Source of the DNA: an uncultured Planctomycetia bacterium | Lineage (GTDB): Bacteria > Omnitrophota > Gorgyraeia > JAGLLT01 > CAZKQD01 | Assembly: GCA_964554835.1 (NCBI GenBank) | Contig: CAZKQD010000001.1 | Location: 1,220 to 40,393, forward strand | DNA length: 39,174 nt | Reading direction: 5' to 3' | Part shown: piece after piece, positions 36,407 through 39,174 of the stretch | Position numbering within the stretch: position 1 is the stretch's first letter | How the letters are laid out: the number at the start of each line of letters is the position of its first letter | The notes under the pieces: model-generated | Seen by the model: the letters and a program-made list of their open reading frames with translations, nothing else | What the model was told of the DNA's origin: nothing | Databases searched by the model: none | Made by a program: the position numbers and the translations under genes

Positions 36407-37356
36407 GAACATAATCTAATAATCAAAGATTCAAGAATAATTTTAGATTTAATTTTCTTTGTCTTTAAAGCCAAATCTGCAGCTAATATATGCTTAAATC
36501 CTTCTTTTATATCTTCAAGGCTAAAATTATCAACTTGATTAAAGAATTTATTTATAAAAAATTTAGGTATATTAAAAAGCTCAGCGATATTATGATAAGA
36601 TTCGCCTCTATTTAATAATTCTCTTGCTTTATAGATTCTTTCAAGATGCCAGTTAATCATTCCTAGAAGCTTTGAGGATGCTCGTTTATTAACTGCCAGG
36701 CGTCTTATAATTTTTAAAGCTTCATCAATTTTTCTTTTTCCAATTGCATCAGTTAAATTATAGGCATTATAATTAATATTGAGTTCTATTAAGGTTTCTA
36801 CGTCCTCACTTGTAATATTTCTTCCATTTGTATATAAAGTTAGCTTTTCTACGGCCTCATCCAGTTTTTTTAGATTATTGCCTAAATTGATAATTAATAA
36901 CTGCATTGCTTTTCCACTTATTTCTTTCTTTCTTGAAGCAGTAAATTTAGTTATATATTTGGAGATTTTTGATAAAGGCGGGGGATTACATTCTATAAGT
37001 TTGCTATAAATACTTAATTCTTTAAGTGCGCTATTTTTTAAAAAACGTTTATCAGAAGATTCTAAAATAAGGACTGTGTTTTTATTGGGATTTTTAGAAT
37101 AACTAACTATTAAATTTTTATCGTAATCAGAAAATTTATCAAATTCTCTAACCAGTATCAGATTTCGCTGATTAAAAAATCCTAAAGAACGTGCATCATC
37201 TATTATCTCTTCTGCTTTAGATTCTGAAGCATAAAAAACTTTATAATTTGCACCCTGCTGCTTTTTAAAATGAACTAGGATTTTATTTTTTATCGTCTTG
37301 ATGGAGTCTTCTCTTAAATAATCGTCTTCTCCCGCAACTAAATATACTGAATGCAT
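36403..37356 (-). CDS. holA: DNA polymerase III delta subunit
   Basis: N-terminus VYLVAGEDDYLRE, length 317 aa, three-domain delta-like pattern, conserved neighbourhood lptE-holA. Confidence 0.75.
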   Translation of the reverse strand: MHSVYLVAGEDDYLREDSIKTIKNKILVHFKKQQGANYKVFYASESKAEEIIDDARSLGFFNQRNLILVREFDKFSDYDKNLIVSYSKNPNKNTVLILESSDKRFLKNSALKELSIYSKLIECNPPPLSKISKYITKFTASRKKEISGKAMQLLIINLGNNLKKLDEAVEKLTLYTNGRNITSEDVETLIELNINYNAYNLTDAIGKRKIDEALKIIRRLAVNKRASSKLLGMINWHLERIYKARELLNRGESYHNIAELFNIPKFFINKFFNQVDNFSLEDIKEGFKHILAADLALKTKKIKSKIILESLIIRLCS

Positions 37357-37367
37357 TATCTTCTACA

Positions 37368-37880
37368 TTACCATCCTTCAACAGTGCGGCTTACAACCTC
37401 TCGAGCTAATTCCTTAGCAGCATTTTTCAATAACTGCTCTTCGTCTAAATTGGTACTGGTAAACTTCTCCTGTCTCACAGTAGAATAATATTCAGAATCA
37501 GCTTTAAAATTCTTCTCCTGCCATAGAATTTTATCATCAGCCAAATCAATATAAGTAAGATTTACTGTTAAGACGAGCTGGTACTCAGCAATTTCTCGAT
37601 TTGCAGCATAGCTTAGGGGTTCTTTATCGTAACCTATAACCTCTCCTTTTAACATGGAATCCGCTTCTTCTTTGCTGTTTGCTATCTTTAAAGCGCCATC
37701 TCTAACAAAGTAGTCTTTTACAACATTAGTAATATCAACTTCAATATTAGGTTCATTGGTCTTATTGGTAAAGGTTTCAATATAAATAGTCTTAATATGA
37801 GCTGGAACTAATGAACCAGTCGTATATCCACAGCCGCACAAAAATGCCAAAAGCAAAAACACTGCAATTTTACTTCTCAT
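37368..37880 (-). CDS. lptE: LPS-assembly lipoprotein LptE-like
   Basis: Lipoprotein signal with lipobox (LLAFLCGCGY), about 170 aa, LptE-like beta pattern (IYIETFTNKT...LKGEVIGY), position immediately upstream of holA. Confidence 0.6.
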   Translation of the reverse strand: MRSKIAVFLLLAFLCGCGYTTGSLVPAHIKTIYIETFTNKTNEPNIEVDITNVVKDYFVRDGALKIANSKEEADSMLKGEVIGYDKEPLSYAANREIAEYQLVLTVNLTYIDLADDKILWQEKNFKADSEYYSTVRQEKFTSTNLDEEQLLKNAAKELAREVVSRTVEGW

Positions 37881-38835
37881 TACTTTCCTGTCTCTTTTTG
37901 ATTTCCGCGAGTCTTTTGTTTGCTTCTTTAGCCCATTTGGTCTCAGGATAATTATTTATTATAGAATTATAATAAATAACAGCGCTCTCATATTTATTAT
38001 TCTCTTCGTAAAATTGAGCAATCTCATATTCATGTTTTGCTTTCTTGATTTTTAACTCATCAACACTCTCTCGAGCCTCCTGGGCAAGTTTTTTAGGCGG
38101 TTCTTCTTTTATAAATTCTTCGAATCTCTTTATAGCTTTATCAGTAGACTCCTGTTCATATGCAGCGGGCAGGCTAGATTTTAAAGAACATAACGCCATT
38201 TCATATTGGGCTTCATCTTTTAGAGAACTCTTTGGATAATTTTTAATAACTTTCTCAAAGGCATCAGCTGCTTCTTGATATCTAGCCATCTTCTTGTATA
38301 CCTGACCAAGTTTATATTGAGCCTTATCTCCGTATTCGCTATAAGGAACATCATTTACTATATTTTTAAAAATCTCCTCCGCTGTAGATAAAGCTGGTAA
38401 TATTTCTACGCCCAATACTTTACGTTTTTTACCCTCGAGAAAGATATTTCCTATTTCATATTCTTTTTCAACAATTTGCGAAATTCTCTCAGAATGAGGA
38501 TATTGAGTCAAAACCTTATTATAAACTAAATAAGCTCTATAATATTCCTCACTCTTCTGATATGAAAATCCACCATAATAACCCGCCTCGGGAGCTAAAG
38601 AAGAACCGGGATAACTGTTTATTAATTTCTCGAATTCTGCGCCAGCTGTCTTGTAATTACCCCTTTTAAAAAAACCCATCGCATAGTCAAATTGTTTCTG
38701 GGGAGTCTCTTTGGCAGCATATTTTGGATTAATCCACTTTTTCGTTTGGGGAGTCCATACCCAAAACCCATAACAGGAAGAGGAAATCAGAAATGCAAGA
38801 ATTAATATAGATAAAAAAAGGCTTGTCTTCTTCAT
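37870..38835 (-). CDS. bamD: Outer membrane protein assembly factor BamD-like TPR lipoprotein
   Basis: Signal peptide with candidate lipobox (LISSSC). Repeated TPR-like units with [YF]P.S......A.Y (SYPGSSLAPEAGYY, QYPHSERI, NYPKSSLKDEAQYE, NYPETKWAKEA). Confidence 0.65.
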   Translation of the reverse strand: MKKTSLFLSILILAFLISSSCYGFWVWTPQTKKWINPKYAAKETPQKQFDYAMGFFKRGNYKTAGAEFEKLINSYPGSSLAPEAGYYGGFSYQKSEEYYRAYLVYNKVLTQYPHSERISQIVEKEYEIGNIFLEGKKRKVLGVEILPALSTAEEIFKNIVNDVPYSEYGDKAQYKLGQVYKKMARYQEAADAFEKVIKNYPKSSLKDEAQYEMALCSLKSSLPAAYEQESTDKAIKRFEEFIKEEPPKKLAQEARESVDELKIKKAKHEYEIAQFYEENNKYESAVIYYNSIINNYPETKWAKEANKRLAEIKKRQESNEK

Positions 38836-38856
38836 GAGATTATCTAAAAAATAAAA

Positions 38857-39174
38857 TTATGAAAGTTTATCCCTTACAAATTGAGCAATGTCTCTTCTGT
38901 CTGCGATTGTAATACCCATAAATTCTACGCCTAAATCGTATCTGGCCTGAACCGAGCGTCTCTTTGCCCAAACTACTTTGCTGAACGTCTTAACGTTTTT
39001 ACCTTTAAAAGGAAACGAAAGAACTACCGCAAGTCTTGAATTAACAGGAATATATTCATCTACAACTATACGCGTCCCTCCCTCACTTATATTTTTTGTG
39101 AGGGTTCTATTGTCCTGGCTATCTATGGCCCCTATCCGTTTATATTGCACTGGCATAGAGCAATCAAGTCGAGA
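38857..39174 (-). CDS. PilZ domain protein (5' end probably outside the window)
   Basis: D/NxSxxG motif (NISEGGTRI) and PilZ beta-barrel pattern. The frame stays open upstream of the ATG at 39156 to the window edge, and the RxxxR motif is not seen, so it is probably N-terminally truncated by the window. Confidence 0.55.
   Translation of the reverse strand, partial: SRLDCSMPVQYKRIGAIDSQDNRTLTKNISEGGTRIVVDEYIPVNSRLAVVLSFPFKGKNVKTFSKVVWAKRRSVQARYDLGVEFMGITIADRRDIAQFVRDKLS

Noticed and set aside
730-38239. About 35 plus-strand ORFs of 60-137 aa in the track (e.g. 730..948, 1869..2168, 7206..7436, 10134..10430, 16992..17405, 20913..21200, 23291..23575, 29856..30158, 34610..34891, 38045..38239), each lying antisense inside a well-supported minus-strand gene.
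   Set aside because: Each is fully embedded antisense in a gene with clear family motifs. Their products are low-complexity Ser/Leu/Phe/Ile-rich strings typical of the mirror frame of AT-rich coding DNA. None has a recognisable SD or motif.
1-39174. tRNA, rRNA, tmRNA and CRISPR arrays in the intergenic gaps.
   Set aside because: None of the gaps contains a cloverleaf-compatible set of stems with a T-loop (GTTCRANYC), or regularly spaced direct repeats with unique spacers. The only repeats found are the dispersed hairpin units and the heptamer tract.

Overview
AT-rich, very gene-dense bacterial chromosomal segment. I recognise 35 protein genes, and all but rpsT are on the minus strand, many abutting or overlapping by 1-11 nt. 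All calls come from reading motifs by eye; no database or HMM search was possible.

The content is mostly housekeeping from a diderm (outer-membrane-bearing) bacterium:
- Envelope: BamD, LptE, LolCD, Lnt, MlaFED plus a small TamB/AsmA-like protein, SecA, a secretin and a Wzz/GumC-type co-polymerase.
- Translation: cysS, lysS, prfB, rpsT.
- Isoprenoid and cysteine metabolism: ispD, ispF, cysE.
- Proteostasis: mcsA-mcsB-clpC.
- DNA metabolism: radA, holA, ogt and a UvrD-type helicase fused to a Cas4/AddB-type Fe-S nuclease.
- Also pyk and ilvE.

Main observations beyond the ORF track:
1. A previously unannotated family of hairpin-containing intergenic repeats (unit about 57-80 nt) occurs at least five times. 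Two inverted copies bracket a truncated GIY-YIG nuclease gene next to a consensus promoter directly upstream of lysS. A second, cargo-less inverted pair lies between pyk and prfB.
2. prfB has the canonical programmed +1 frameshift (AGGGGG-TAT-CTT-TGA-C). The ORF track therefore shows only a truncated RF2.
3. A DEDDh exonuclease fused to a WYL-like domain is translationally coupled to a DUF167 gene and lies downstream of the helicase-nuclease.
4. A REC-GAF-GGDEF diguanylate cyclase is translationally coupled to the secretin, which is followed by the co-polymerase.
5. The Bacillus-type gene order mcsA-mcsB-clpC-radA-yacL-ispD-ispF-cysE-cysS is preserved, but with a TamB-like/mlaEFD module inserted and no ctsR, disA or gltX.

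I saw no rRNA, tRNA or CRISPR array.
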